From: a virus
Virus record (IMG/VR): IMGVR_UViG_3300012953_000019
Coordinates: 52,287 to 116,286 of that record
DNA: 64,000 nt
Direction: 5' to 3' (one strand)
Within the stretch, counting starts at the first letter, position 1. The number at the start of each line of letters is the position of its first letter. Under the pieces are notes generated by a model. It did not search any database. It worked only from the letters and a program-made list of their open reading frames with translations, and was not told the DNA's origin. This document shows, one piece after another, positions 10,931-20,643 of the stretch. The translations under genes were made by a program, and so were the position numbers.

Positions 10931-10947
10931 AATTATGAGGATATATA

Positions 10948-11409
10948 ATGTCAGATCAACCTAAGTACAAAAACCCAAAATGGATTAATAAAGAAGTACG
11001 CTCTTTAGAGTGTGAGATTCTTATGGGCGAAGAATATCAAAACTGTATTGTCAATGCTGGACCAGTAAAAGATGGATTTGTCAATAAAGACTTTGATGCA
11101 ATTATGGAACTTATTGGTGAAGAAGAAGTGGATCGTCTTACTGCAATAGAAGACGAAAAGAAACTAGCAGAAGAAGAAAAAAAGAAAGAACAAGCAGAAG
11201 TTCATAAAAATAGAATTAAACAAGAAGCCTTGTTTGAAATGAAACTAGAAGCATTTGAAATTCCTATCATCAAAAACTCAAAAAATTCTGAAATGAAAAA
11301 GAATATCCGTAGAGCAAAATCTATTGTAGAAGTGCAGGCGTATTCAACGATACTAATTCAAGAAGAATTAACAGATAGTAATTTGAAGGAACTATTATCT
11401 AATGACTAA
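10948..11409 (+). CDS. Hypothetical protein (possible fibre assembly chaperone)
   Basis: 153 aa, charged helical C-terminus, SD GAGGA, follows fibre genes. Confidence 0.55.
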   Translation: MSDQPKYKNPKWINKEVRSLECEILMGEEYQNCIVNAGPVKDGFVNKDFDAIMELIGEEEVDRLTAIEDEKKLAEEEKKKEQAEVHKNRIKQEALFEMKLEAFEIPIIKNSKNSEMKKNIRRAKSIVEVQAYSTILIQEELTDSNLKELLSND

Positions 11410-12118
11410 AGGCTACGTTTATGTGGCTTCATTAAATAAAGATTATTATCGTGCCGCAAAGATGTCGGCAGAGTCTCTTAAAGATTTTTATCCAGAAGCA
11501 AATATAACACTGTTTACTCACGATGAATGGGTAACAGACGAAGACTATTTAATTTTCAATAACATCATAACCGAAGATGTTCCTGCTAATAACAGAGCAA
11601 AGTTATGGGCATTATCACAAACACCATATGATTTGACTATGTATTTAGATTGTGATACGATGATTGAACATGAAGACATATCTACTATATTTGATTATAT
11701 AGGCAATCATGATATTATCTTTACTAAGAACAGACCATATAATGCAAAAATAACAAAGCTAAATGATACAGAAGAAATGATTTATCATTGTGGTGTGTTT
11801 TTATATAAAAAAACTTCCAAAATAAAATCACTAATGGACAATTGGTACAAAGAATATTTGATACAAATTGATCCTGAATATTGTCTTGACCCTTATCCAG
11901 AAAAAGTAAGACCGTGGGACACATTTACTATGTGGTGGCTTTTAAATAAAACAAGTTTTAAAGATTTAATTAATGTAGGTGAATTTCCATTACCAGATGC
12001 CAGATGGAATTTTTGTATGGGTCAAAGACCAGAAGAATTGAAAGATAAAGATGTTATCATAAGACATTATACATTGAATAGGGTATTTGATTCAAATGAA
12101 TATTATAGACAACCTTAA
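11402..12118 (+). CDS. Glycosyltransferase-like (GT-A fold, nucleotide-diphospho-sugar transferase)
   Basis: DxD motif YLDCD, GVFLY and WDTFT segments, C-terminal IRHY. Confidence 0.7.
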   Translation: MTKGYVYVASLNKDYYRAAKMSAESLKDFYPEANITLFTHDEWVTDEDYLIFNNIITEDVPANNRAKLWALSQTPYDLTMYLDCDTMIEHEDISTIFDYIGNHDIIFTKNRPYNAKITKLNDTEEMIYHCGVFLYKKTSKIKSLMDNWYKEYLIQIDPEYCLDPYPEKVRPWDTFTMWWLLNKTSFKDLINVGEFPLPDARWNFCMGQRPEELKDKDVIIRHYTLNRVFDSNEYYRQP

Positions 12119-12740
12119 TCCAGAACTAAAAAAGATGTTAGAAGATTGGCGAAAATGGTTTGATAAGCAAGATGATCATGATACAATCTTACCAGACCCG
12201 GGTAGAGATTTTGGACATACTTTACAAACAGCAACGTCTTCTGACTATCTTGAAGAGGTAAGAAAAGAAAGCCATAAAGGCACACCAGAATGTGCCATAG
12301 TTACAGACTTTCATGTAAGTCCGGGCTCTCCTAAAAAATATAGAGATTCTTCTTTAGAGTTGTGTACTAATGTTTGTGGTTTTTTAGGAGCAAAGTTTAC
12401 TGCTGTTCACGCATATTATCCAACAAATGGATTTATGGGATGGCATTGCAATTGGGACACTCCTGGGTATAATATTTTGTTGAGTTATACTAAAAATGGA
12501 GAAGGATTCTTTAGACATACTAAAGATTCTAGTATTAAAACGCTACAAGATACTCCTGGTTGGTCAGCAAAAGTTGGATACTTTGGAGGTAAAGATGAAG
12601 ACTCATCTAAACACGTTTGGCATTGTGCTGGTAGTACAGAACCAAGACATACATTAGGATTTGTTATACCAGATTTTAATATGTGGGAAATGATGTGTCA
12701 AGATATAGATGAAGACTGGCGAAGAAGTTTATTTCCTTAA
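12087..12740 (+). CDS. 2OG-Fe(II) oxygenase / cupin-like protein
   Basis: GFMGWHCN and distal VWHCAG...RHTLGF jelly-roll motifs. Confidence 0.6.
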   Translation: MIQMNIIDNLNPELKKMLEDWRKWFDKQDDHDTILPDPGRDFGHTLQTATSSDYLEEVRKESHKGTPECAIVTDFHVSPGSPKKYRDSSLELCTNVCGFLGAKFTAVHAYYPTNGFMGWHCNWDTPGYNILLSYTKNGEGFFRHTKDSSIKTLQDTPGWSAKVGYFGGKDEDSSKHVWHCAGSTEPRHTLGFVIPDFNMWEMMCQDIDEDWRRSLFP

Positions 12741-13432
12741 AAGAACCCCTCTCTTTGTCCAATAATCATATAACGATCATAGACTTTTTTGCCATCCCAT
12801 GAATAATATGTTTGTTGTTTAGTACCCTCATAGCCTACTTCTTCAATACCAACTTGGTCTTTCAATGCTTCTATTGAATTTACACAGTTAATACCATACA
12901 TCTCTTCAACTACATTACTATTCTGTACAGCTAAAATTGCTTGAGGATTCTTTGTTGTCAATTCTTTTAGTGGATACATCTGTTCTGTACACATACAGAT
13001 AACTAGATCAACATCAATCTTATTGAGATTTTCAAACTCAAATGGGACATCTAAATTCCAATGACGAATGTTGACAAACTTTTCTTGAGCATAATGTTTG
13101 TGAAAAATCTTTGACAATTCAATTGACTCTTCATCAATATCTACAAGGTGTATTTGAGATACATCTATATTTTCACACAACAGAGGAACTATTGGAATAC
13201 CTAACCAAGAGTTTAATATTAACACTCGCATAGAACCAGTCTTAGTATAATACTCTTCAATATACTCTTTAACTTCTTCTATTAACCACGTACTGGCTTC
13301 CATGTTATTACCTTCAAGAGATTGTCTAAAGTCAGCCAGCTTATGTGGCATTCTTTTTTCAATTACTGAAAGTGCTTCACCCCAATTCTTAAAGTTGTTT
13401 AGAAAGTTATAATTTAAATTAGAATTTGACAT
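12737..13432 (-). CDS. Class I SAM-dependent methyltransferase-like protein
   Basis: VLILNSWLG (degenerate motif I) then IHLVDID (motif II); start reassigned to ATG 13432, which overlaps the upstream stop. Confidence 0.6.
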   Translation of the reverse strand: MSNSNLNYNFLNNFKNWGEALSVIEKRMPHKLADFRQSLEGNNMEASTWLIEEVKEYIEEYYTKTGSMRVLILNSWLGIPIVPLLCENIDVSQIHLVDIDEESIELSKIFHKHYAQEKFVNIRHWNLDVPFEFENLNKIDVDLVICMCTEQMYPLKELTTKNPQAILAVQNSNVVEEMYGINCVNSIEALKDQVGIEEVGYEGTKQQTYYSWDGKKVYDRYMIIGQREGFF

Positions 13433-14093
13433 CTTCACTTTTCCCCATTGAGTCAAAAATACATACATATGGTAAGTCTCTATACACATGAGTTTCAGTA
13501 TCATGTGGATAAACATACCCTTGATTAAAACTATATACCCAACCAATTGGGAATAGTTTTGTCTTTACAATTCTTCTATTATAGAAAAAGTTATCTAGAC
13601 CACGATAGTACCATAATATTTGATTTTGATATTCATTAAAATATTCGATAATTTCATTACTATTTAGACTGTCATTCCAACGAAGAACTGACGAATTTAA
13701 ATCAGTAAACTTGTGTGGAACATGGCGAGTGTCTTTATACTGTGTATCTAAATCATGCCACCAAGTCTTAACAAAACATAAGCAGTCTTCTGCATCAAAG
13801 TTTGCTATATCATCAATGTTCTTTTGCAGTATGGTATCTAAATCAAAGAACATTTTCTCTCCCCTTTGAGTAACAATAGTCTCATCGAAGAGGTACATTT
13901 TATTCCACCACTTCTCCAATTTGTTACCACCAGGCAATGACAGTATTTTAATTTTAGAATTTATATCTTTACTATCTTCAGTTAGACAATGAAATGTAAA
14001 ATCCATACTCAAGTTTTCAAGACAACTTTCATATAGTTGATTGACATGAGATGCATTGTATTTTGTACCCCATTTTACAGTATAGATATTCAT
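13419..14093 (-). CDS. Glycosyltransferase-like, KWGxKY family (paralog 4)
   Basis: VKWGTKY N-terminus, FHCLTED, FFDLD (DxD), NSSVLRW. Confidence 0.7.
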   Translation of the reverse strand: MNIYTVKWGTKYNASHVNQLYESCLENLSMDFTFHCLTEDSKDINSKIKILSLPGGNKLEKWWNKMYLFDETIVTQRGEKMFFDLDTILQKNIDDIANFDAEDCLCFVKTWWHDLDTQYKDTRHVPHKFTDLNSSVLRWNDSLNSNEIIEYFNEYQNQILWYYRGLDNFFYNRRIVKTKLFPIGWVYSFNQGYVYPHDTETHVYRDLPYVCIFDSMGKSEDVKF

Positions 14094-14908
14094 TCGCCTC
14101 TCCAGTGTTTCAAGAGTTCTGGATGTGTTAAGTTATCTTGTTTTGTACTGCCTCTACTTGCATCTTCAAACGGAAGTAGATCAATATTGAATACACAGAC
14201 AATACAGTTTTCTCTATACTTGGCTACATTCAAATCATCTTCTTCCCATGATCTACCCCTGTTCCAAGAGTATGCCATCCAGGATGGGAAATGATCCCAC
14301 AAGTCTTCTCCGTATCTACCCCATTTCCAGGAGTGATAATTATCAGTACCATCAGTATATGTAAACCAAATCTTTTCTTGATTTGCTAGTACGTCTTCCC
14401 ATATACATTCACATTGATCATCTGACCACGCTTTACATGAACCATTTGTATACGCTCCATGTGATAGTTTAAATCTTCTTGTTTGCATTGGTCTTGGGTC
14501 TTGCCACCAAGACTTCATCTTTGTAGGTCTTTCCATATTGTATGTAATTATAGGAGTTAGATCACCTTGAATAATTACGTCCAAATCGAAAAATATGAAG
14601 CGACCGTTAGGTTTGTCAGGAGCAAAATTATGAGTATTAAATACAAAAGTTTTTGCTCTGTCCCAACACCTTGCCATCCCGTACTTGAAATCTTCCGCAC
14701 CAAACCAATACTTAGGATGAATGTTAGGAATATCAGGAAAATCAATAATAGTAACATCATCATCTATACCTTCTGCGTCATCAGTGTAGCAATAGAAATG
14801 AAACTCAAACTGGTCAGGAGTATTTCTTTTTGCCATATCTTTTAGTCTATTCACAAAATGGGGACCATATTTCGTACCCCATTTAGCACATATATAATTT
14901 ACTCTCAT
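14090..14908 (-). CDS. Glycosyltransferase-like, KWGxKY family (paralog 3)
   Basis: CAKWGTKY, FYCYTDD, FFDLD, NGSC, GTDNY. Confidence 0.7.
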   Translation of the reverse strand: MRVNYICAKWGTKYGPHFVNRLKDMAKRNTPDQFEFHFYCYTDDAEGIDDDVTIIDFPDIPNIHPKYWFGAEDFKYGMARCWDRAKTFVFNTHNFAPDKPNGRFIFFDLDVIIQGDLTPIITYNMERPTKMKSWWQDPRPMQTRRFKLSHGAYTNGSCKAWSDDQCECIWEDVLANQEKIWFTYTDGTDNYHSWKWGRYGEDLWDHFPSWMAYSWNRGRSWEEDDLNVAKYRENCIVCVFNIDLLPFEDASRGSTKQDNLTHPELLKHWRGE

Positions 14909-17406
14909 CTACATTTTCCACATTTTTTGGTGCATATATCTAGTGGCTTTCTTTTTAAATGCTCACTGATATTTGCAAAATCATTATTATGTATTACTTC
15001 ACCTGTAGTAAACCCTGCTAGGTTATTATACTTCATATTGTAAGGATAGTCAATAGGGTGATATGGTAAAAGTTTATTTTCTACCACATCTCTTGCAATG
15101 AAGGCGCAAGGAAAAGCATTGCTAGATGAACCAATATAAAAGTATCCACTTTTTCTAGCATCGCACCACACTGGATCTTTTTCTTTCATTTTAGGTTTAG
15201 TTGTTCTTATTTCATTTTTCTTTGCAAACTGCTTTAGAGTATGAAAGTCTATTGGTTTATCTTTTGCAATAGTATCTTCAATTTGATTCTCTTGTTCTGA
15301 CTTTAACTCAGGCAATACTTTTTGTATATGATCAACATATACAAGAGATTCTATATCACTAAATGTCTGTAAAGTTATAGTAATATTTTTGTCTTTTAGA
15401 TACTTGCATATTTCTTCCAACTCTACACAGTTTACTGGGTCTGTTATCTCACACATAAAAGTTACCCAAGAAACTTTGTAACTATCGAATATATTTTTTA
15501 TACTTTTTAGAGTGTGTTCATTGCCGTCTACAAAAATGTCATTGAACTCTATGTTCGTATCATTCTGGCGAGTACTTAATTGTATCAGTGCGCCATCTGG
15601 TTCTTCATCTTCATATAGACCACGATACAAATCACTGTATTGTTCTCCATGCATTTGAAAATACTTTATGAGTGTATTTGTATCATCATCTTTCTGATTC
15701 ATGATAGAAAGTAATTCTTCTTTGGGCATGATATTGTATAATCGCTCAAAGACTTTTTCATAATCTTCTTTGTAAAACAATTCTTTTAGATATTCAATAT
15801 AATATTTTTTATATAGTGATTGTATCTCATCCGAATCAGTGTCCCAAAAGATACACTGAATACCATGATCTACTACATTCTTCATAAAGTCTACTTTAAT
15901 TGATGGTAAAGTATTTTTATGCCACATTCTTCTATACAATGCGATTGCTTGTAGTCTAGTTATTTTCCAAAAGTATCTTACTGGTCCGTGTACTTTTACT
16001 TCTTCTGCTACGACTTTGTGCATCTTAGAAATATATCTTTCTTTGTAGAAATCATATACTTCCATTACAGTCTTGTTCCAGTACAATGATTCGTCACCAT
16101 TTACGAGTATTGAATCGTCTGGATAATCAGCAATAAATTTCTTGTGCATAGAAATCATATCACCAGTTTCATAGAGTTCTCTTATAGTCTGTAAATGTAT
16201 TGAATCTATTTGTCTAATAAATGTAGTATCTGATATTTCTCTTTCTAGTTCCGGAAGAGATTTCTTTATATCGTCTACATTACCAGTTAAGTGTGCATCT
16301 ATCTCCGGAAAATCATTTACGAATTTATTTACAAGAGACTGTAAATCATTGCTCTTTATAAGTGATTCGATATCTTCAACAACTTCTTTATTCATAAAAC
16401 GATTCTCTAGCATTTCATCTGTCAGAGATTTCATTCCTAACCATTCTTTTAGGGTATTGAAATTCTTTGAGTACTGGTCCCAATCAGACTGTAAGCTAGG
16501 TAAATCTTTTGCAAACTTTTTTTCTAGTGTATCGTAGTCTTTATTTGTGAGAAGATTCTCAATCTTAACCGTGTGCTTGTTTCTAGTAAAGAAGTTTTTA
16601 GGAAATTTAGGTAACCACAACTTTTCAAATTCATCTTTGCCGTGCCAATGTATGAGTAGATTGTAGTTTTTTAATTCATGTGGCTTTACATTTTTACTTT
16701 TTTTATTTACTAAATCTACATTGAATAGACAAAATTTGGCATTTTCTCTGTATAGTTGTTCTGTAGTATCATCGGGATATTGTTTACCTCTATTATAAGA
16801 GTACACCCAATCTACTGGTAAGAAACTCCAGTAGTTATCACCCACTACTTGATGTTCTCTGTAGGGATAGTAATTATCTGTGCCTTTGTAGAATGTTTTA
16901 AATACAACATCTTTGTGTTGCATAACATCGTTATAAATCTTTTCTCCTTGATCAGTACACCATAACATTACACTTGAGTTATACAGTGACCCTCTTATAT
17001 CTAAGAATCTTCTATCAGAAGTTACTTCTGGATTTTCCCAGTTAGAATATATCATGTGAGGAGATTTGGCTAGCTGTTCTATATCATCTATGTTGTTTTG
17101 AATCACAACATCTAAATCTAAGTAGCAGAAGGGTCCTTTAGTTTTTAGCCATATATGAGAATTGAGCATGAGAAACTTGGCTCTATCCCAGCAATAATTT
17201 TCTTTACCAAACCAATATCTTGGATGAAGTGGGTCAACATTAGGAATAGGTCGAGTAGTAATACCCTTGTTTATACCTTCTGGCTCATCTGTATAGCAGA
17301 TAAATTTAAAACGCTTGGAGTAATTGCGCTTAACCATTCCATGAAGGTTGTTTACATAATCCGAGGTGTATTTGTTACCCCATTTTATGCATAGAAAATG
17401 CATCAT
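14905..17406 (-). CDS. KWGxKY-family glycosyltransferase fused to helical repeats and a degenerate radical SAM/SPASM-like C-terminus
   Basis: CIKWGNKY, YLDLD, NSSVM, GTDNY in first ~260 aa; C-terminal WC...FPCAF...CTKKCG. Confidence 0.65.
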   Translation of the reverse strand: MMHFLCIKWGNKYTSDYVNNLHGMVKRNYSKRFKFICYTDEPEGINKGITTRPIPNVDPLHPRYWFGKENYCWDRAKFLMLNSHIWLKTKGPFCYLDLDVVIQNNIDDIEQLAKSPHMIYSNWENPEVTSDRRFLDIRGSLYNSSVMLWCTDQGEKIYNDVMQHKDVVFKTFYKGTDNYYPYREHQVVGDNYWSFLPVDWVYSYNRGKQYPDDTTEQLYRENAKFCLFNVDLVNKKSKNVKPHELKNYNLLIHWHGKDEFEKLWLPKFPKNFFTRNKHTVKIENLLTNKDYDTLEKKFAKDLPSLQSDWDQYSKNFNTLKEWLGMKSLTDEMLENRFMNKEVVEDIESLIKSNDLQSLVNKFVNDFPEIDAHLTGNVDDIKKSLPELEREISDTTFIRQIDSIHLQTIRELYETGDMISMHKKFIADYPDDSILVNGDESLYWNKTVMEVYDFYKERYISKMHKVVAEEVKVHGPVRYFWKITRLQAIALYRRMWHKNTLPSIKVDFMKNVVDHGIQCIFWDTDSDEIQSLYKKYYIEYLKELFYKEDYEKVFERLYNIMPKEELLSIMNQKDDDTNTLIKYFQMHGEQYSDLYRGLYEDEEPDGALIQLSTRQNDTNIEFNDIFVDGNEHTLKSIKNIFDSYKVSWVTFMCEITDPVNCVELEEICKYLKDKNITITLQTFSDIESLVYVDHIQKVLPELKSEQENQIEDTIAKDKPIDFHTLKQFAKKNEIRTTKPKMKEKDPVWCDARKSGYFYIGSSSNAFPCAFIARDVVENKLLPYHPIDYPYNMKYNNLAGFTTGEVIHNNDFANISEHLKRKPLDICTKKCGKCR

Positions 17407-18028
17407 AATATTTCTGTCTCAAATTTACTTTTGTTTCATTTTGTCCATTCAACAATACAATAGGATATTCTGGTTTTATTTGAAATTCTCTTGGTGAAGT
17501 ATCAGTGTCTTGATCCACTCCACATAGGAAAGAATATATCATACCTTTAGGAAAAGTATGCTGTATTAACTTTTCATGATACAGAAACCAATCATCATTG
17601 TCGTTATATTTAGTCATGTAGTAATACGGATTTTCTATCCAGTGATCAAATATGTATTTACAATCTTTTGAATTCCATGTCATAACAGAAGAATTAAACT
17701 CACTACCAAAATCTTTCCAATATGTTTTACATATCGTGGGGTGCTTACAATATTTAAAAAATATATCTACATCAGATTGTAACACAATATCTAGGTCTAA
17801 GTAAAGAACTTTACCAATATTTGTTAGACTAAATAGTTGTATCTTTTTCCAATGACTTTCGATATCTTTATTAATGAACTTAACATCTATTTCAGGTCGA
17901 AGTAGATGGGCATGATCTTTATCGGTTAAACAAACATAGTTATATTTGCCACCAGTGGCATCATATATTCTGTGAACATCATCTACGGTGTACTTATTTC
18001 CGTAAAGAAGCGTAAGAATAGTCTTCAA
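17375..18028 (-). CDS. Glycosyltransferase-like, KWGxKY family (paralog 1)
   Basis: LLYGNKY, VCLTD, YLDLD, NSSVMTW; TTG start with GGAG SD. Confidence 0.7.
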   Translation of the reverse strand: MKTILTLLYGNKYTVDDVHRIYDATGGKYNYVCLTDKDHAHLLRPEIDVKFINKDIESHWKKIQLFSLTNIGKVLYLDLDIVLQSDVDIFFKYCKHPTICKTYWKDFGSEFNSSVMTWNSKDCKYIFDHWIENPYYYMTKYNDNDDWFLYHEKLIQHTFPKGMIYSFLCGVDQDTDTSPREFQIKPEYPIVLLNGQNETKVNLRQKYYDAFSMHKMG

Positions 18029-18045
18029 GTCTAAACTCCATGTTA

Positions 18046-18053
18046 TATAAATA
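18046..18053 (+). promoter_or_regulatory. T4-type late promoter
   Basis: Exact TATAAATA. Confidence 0.8.
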
Positions 18054-18080
18054 GATTACAGAACAGAGGAACTGCAATAT

Positions 18081-18407
18081 ATGGCAACGGTAAATAATAT
18101 CGTGATTGATCAGGGCACTACCTTTTCATTTACGGTCAATCTTACGAATGACGATGGCACTAAGAAAGATTTGACGAATTATACCGTCACTTCTCAGATG
18201 CGTAAAAGTTATTATACTACTACTTATACGTCATTTACCACAGCTAAAATAGCACTAGAGGGGCAGATTACCATATCTTTGACCGCCGCTCAATCATCTG
18301 CTATAAAGGCTGGCAGATATGTTTATGATATTGAGATTGCTAGTTCAACTGAAACATTAAGAATTATGGAAGGAATCGTGACTGTAACTCCTGAGGTTAC
18401 CAAGTAA
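18081..18407 (+). CDS. Small conserved virion protein (beta-sandwich)
   Basis: NIVIDQGTTF...GRYVYDIEI...RIMEGIVTVTP pattern common in marine T4-like structural regions. Confidence 0.65.
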   Translation: MATVNNIVIDQGTTFSFTVNLTNDDGTKKDLTNYTVTSQMRKSYYTTTYTSFTTAKIALEGQITISLTAAQSSAIKAGRYVYDIEIASSTETLRIMEGIVTVTPEVTK

Positions 18408-18685
18408 TGGCAGTAAAAGTAAACATACCATCAAACTCAAGTACTACTAAGGTTAGTATACCATCAACGAGTACTATTGCTACAGTTACGACTACACAAT
18501 CTCAGGCAATTACAAATGCAAAGTTACAAAATTTAGCCAATATTGATACCGCAACTAATGGTTTATTGGATGGACACACTTTGGTTTATGATGAAGAAAC
18601 GGGCAACTTTGTTGCTCAAGCATTAACTGCTTCCGTTGATATTGATTCATTGAATCTAACATCATTGGATGGCGGAACTTATTAG
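18407..18685 (+). CDS. Small structural/fibre-associated protein ending in LDGGTY
   Basis: 92 aa, coupled by TAATG overlap; shares DGGTY terminus with the next gene. Confidence 0.55.
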   Translation: MAVKVNIPSNSSTTKVSIPSTSTIATVTTTQSQAITNAKLQNLANIDTATNGLLDGHTLVYDEETGNFVAQALTASVDIDSLNLTSLDGGTY

Positions 18686-18744
18686 TGACTTTTTATTTCG
18701 TTATGAACAAAGATTTCAATAAACCTAGAATGAGGAAACATTAA

Positions 18745-20007
18745 ATGGCAACAACAATTCAAATAAAGCGATCCACTGCTTCAGCCGCACCCGGAACAGG
18801 TGACTTAGCAGAAGCGGAACTCGCGTATAGCCAAGATAAAAGTAACGATGGCGCAGGTGCCATACTTTATATTGAATCCGTAAATAACGATAGTAGCCAA
18901 GTAATTCATAAACTTGGTGGTAAATTTTACACTGATATCGTTGACGGCGCAACCAATGCAAATACTGCAAATAAACTTGTAAAAAGAGATGCTAGTGGCA
19001 ACTTTGCGGCTGGTACTATTACGTTTGGCAGTCTTACTGATGGTACAATCACAGCAACTGGCTTTGTTGACGAAGATAATATGGCATCTAATAGTGCTAC
19101 ACTTATCCCAACTCAACAATCAGTTAAAGCATACGTAGATTCTAAAGATTTCTATGTAGACCTTGGTATAGCTGGCGATTCTGGTACTGGAGCAATTACA
19201 GATGCAGAAACACTTACTCTTACTGGTGGAACAGGTATCACAACAGCGGTATCTGGTAACGCAGTTACCCACACACTAGATAACACCGCTGTATCAGCAG
19301 GTAGTTATGGTAGTGCTACTGCTATTCCTACTTTTACAGTAGACGCACAAGGTAGATTGACAGCCGCAGGCACTGCTTCAGTTTCAACTTCATTTACTAT
19401 TGCTGGTGATAGTGGTACTTCAAATGATATTGATGGTGGAGAAACTCTTACTTTTAATGGTACAACAAATGAAATAGAAACCGCAGTATCAGCAAATGCA
19501 GTTACTATTGGTCTTCCTACTAATCCAACTATTGGTGGTAATCTTACTGTTTCTGGTAACTTAACAGTATCAGGTACAACTACAACAGTTGATTCACAGA
19601 ACTTGTCAGTAGTTGATCCTTTGTTTGCACTCGCATCAGGTAACAATTCATCAGATGCAGTTGACATTGGTTTTTACGGACTGTATGACACTTCTGGTTC
19701 ACAAGACTTATATTCAGGTTTCTTTAGAGATGCAAATGACGGTAAGTGGAAACTGTTTAAAGATACACAAACCGTACCGACAACAGTTGTTGATACCACT
19801 GCTACTGGTTATACTGTAGCAACTTTGGTAGCAACTCTGGAAGGTAACGTAACTGGTAATGTTACTGGTACAGTTTCAAGTATTGCAAACCACGATACAG
19901 ACTCATTGAGTGAAGGATCAAGTAATCTTTACTACACATCCGCACGTTTCAATAGTGCATTTGATACTAGACTTGACGCCTCAACTATAGACGGTGGTAC
20001 TTACTAA
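18745..20007 (+). CDS. Tail fibre-like protein (Mtd N-terminal-type start)
   Basis: MATTIQIKRST...P..L.EAELAY; IAGDSGT repeats; DEDNMAS...QQSVKAYV motif; ends IDGGTY. Confidence 0.7.
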   Translation: MATTIQIKRSTASAAPGTGDLAEAELAYSQDKSNDGAGAILYIESVNNDSSQVIHKLGGKFYTDIVDGATNANTANKLVKRDASGNFAAGTITFGSLTDGTITATGFVDEDNMASNSATLIPTQQSVKAYVDSKDFYVDLGIAGDSGTGAITDAETLTLTGGTGITTAVSGNAVTHTLDNTAVSAGSYGSATAIPTFTVDAQGRLTAAGTASVSTSFTIAGDSGTSNDIDGGETLTFNGTTNEIETAVSANAVTIGLPTNPTIGGNLTVSGNLTVSGTTTTVDSQNLSVVDPLFALASGNNSSDAVDIGFYGLYDTSGSQDLYSGFFRDANDGKWKLFKDTQTVPTTVVDTTATGYTVATLVATLEGNVTGNVTGTVSSIANHDTDSLSEGSSNLYYTSARFNSAFDTRLDASTIDGGTY

Positions 20008-20034
20008 TAATTAATTATTTTTTGGAGATGTTAC

Positions 20035-20184
20035 ATGGATGAGAAATTAGTGAATCAATATATTCAAACTATGGCGGAAGAAATTAATCGCCTAACACAA
20101 GAAAATATTGTTTTGAAATCAAAGTTAGTGGTTGCTACACAATCATTGAATGCTCAGAATGAAGAAACAAAAGAAGAGGACTAA
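20035..20184 (+). CDS. 49-aa coiled-coil protein (not in ORF track)
   Basis: MDEKLVNQYIQTMAEEINRLTQENIVLKSKL...EED*, SD GGAG, stop abuts next ATG at 20185. Confidence 0.7.
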   Translation: MDEKLVNQYIQTMAEEINRLTQENIVLKSKLVVATQSLNAQNEETKEED

Positions 20185-20607
20185 ATGGCTACAGTAATAC
20201 GATTAAAGCGATCTGAAACAGCAAGTGATGCACCAAGCACATCAGACTTAGCTGTGGGTGAAATTGCCATAAATATGGCAGATCGTTTACTGTACTCTAA
20301 GAAAACCGACGGAAGCATAATTTCTATAGGCGATGCAAGATTACCAGAATCTTTTACTTGGTCAAACGATTTAGATTTTGGTACCTTAGCTACTGCGACT
20401 GGAGATGCTTACGATTGGGGTGACCTCACAACTGCTTCAACTGCATATGATATGGGCGCTGTAGTAACAATAACTAATATTCATTCAGATGCGCCTGCCA
20501 GTGCAACTGCAAGTGGAACAAAAGGGGATTTAACTTTCGACTCGGACTATATGTACGTCTGTGTCGCTACTAATACCTGGAAACGTGTTGCACTTTCAAG
20601 TTGGTAA
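20185..20607 (+). CDS. Short fibre-like protein (Mtd N-terminal-type)
   Basis: MATVIRLKRSET...PSTSDLAVGEIAIN; C-terminal GTKGD..FDSDYMYVCVATNTWKR. Confidence 0.65.
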   Translation: MATVIRLKRSETASDAPSTSDLAVGEIAINMADRLLYSKKTDGSIISIGDARLPESFTWSNDLDFGTLATATGDAYDWGDLTTASTAYDMGAVVTITNIHSDAPASATASGTKGDLTFDSDYMYVCVATNTWKRVALSSW

Positions 20608-20643
20608 GCTAATATATATTTATAGAGAGTAAAGAGATAAACT

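Noticed and set aside
12737-13546. ORF-track start at 13546 for the methyltransferase-like gene (also 34904 for iscU, 35280, 45876)
   Set aside because: Downstream starts (13432, 34949, 35319, 45882) fit SD position, gene overlaps or homolog N-termini better
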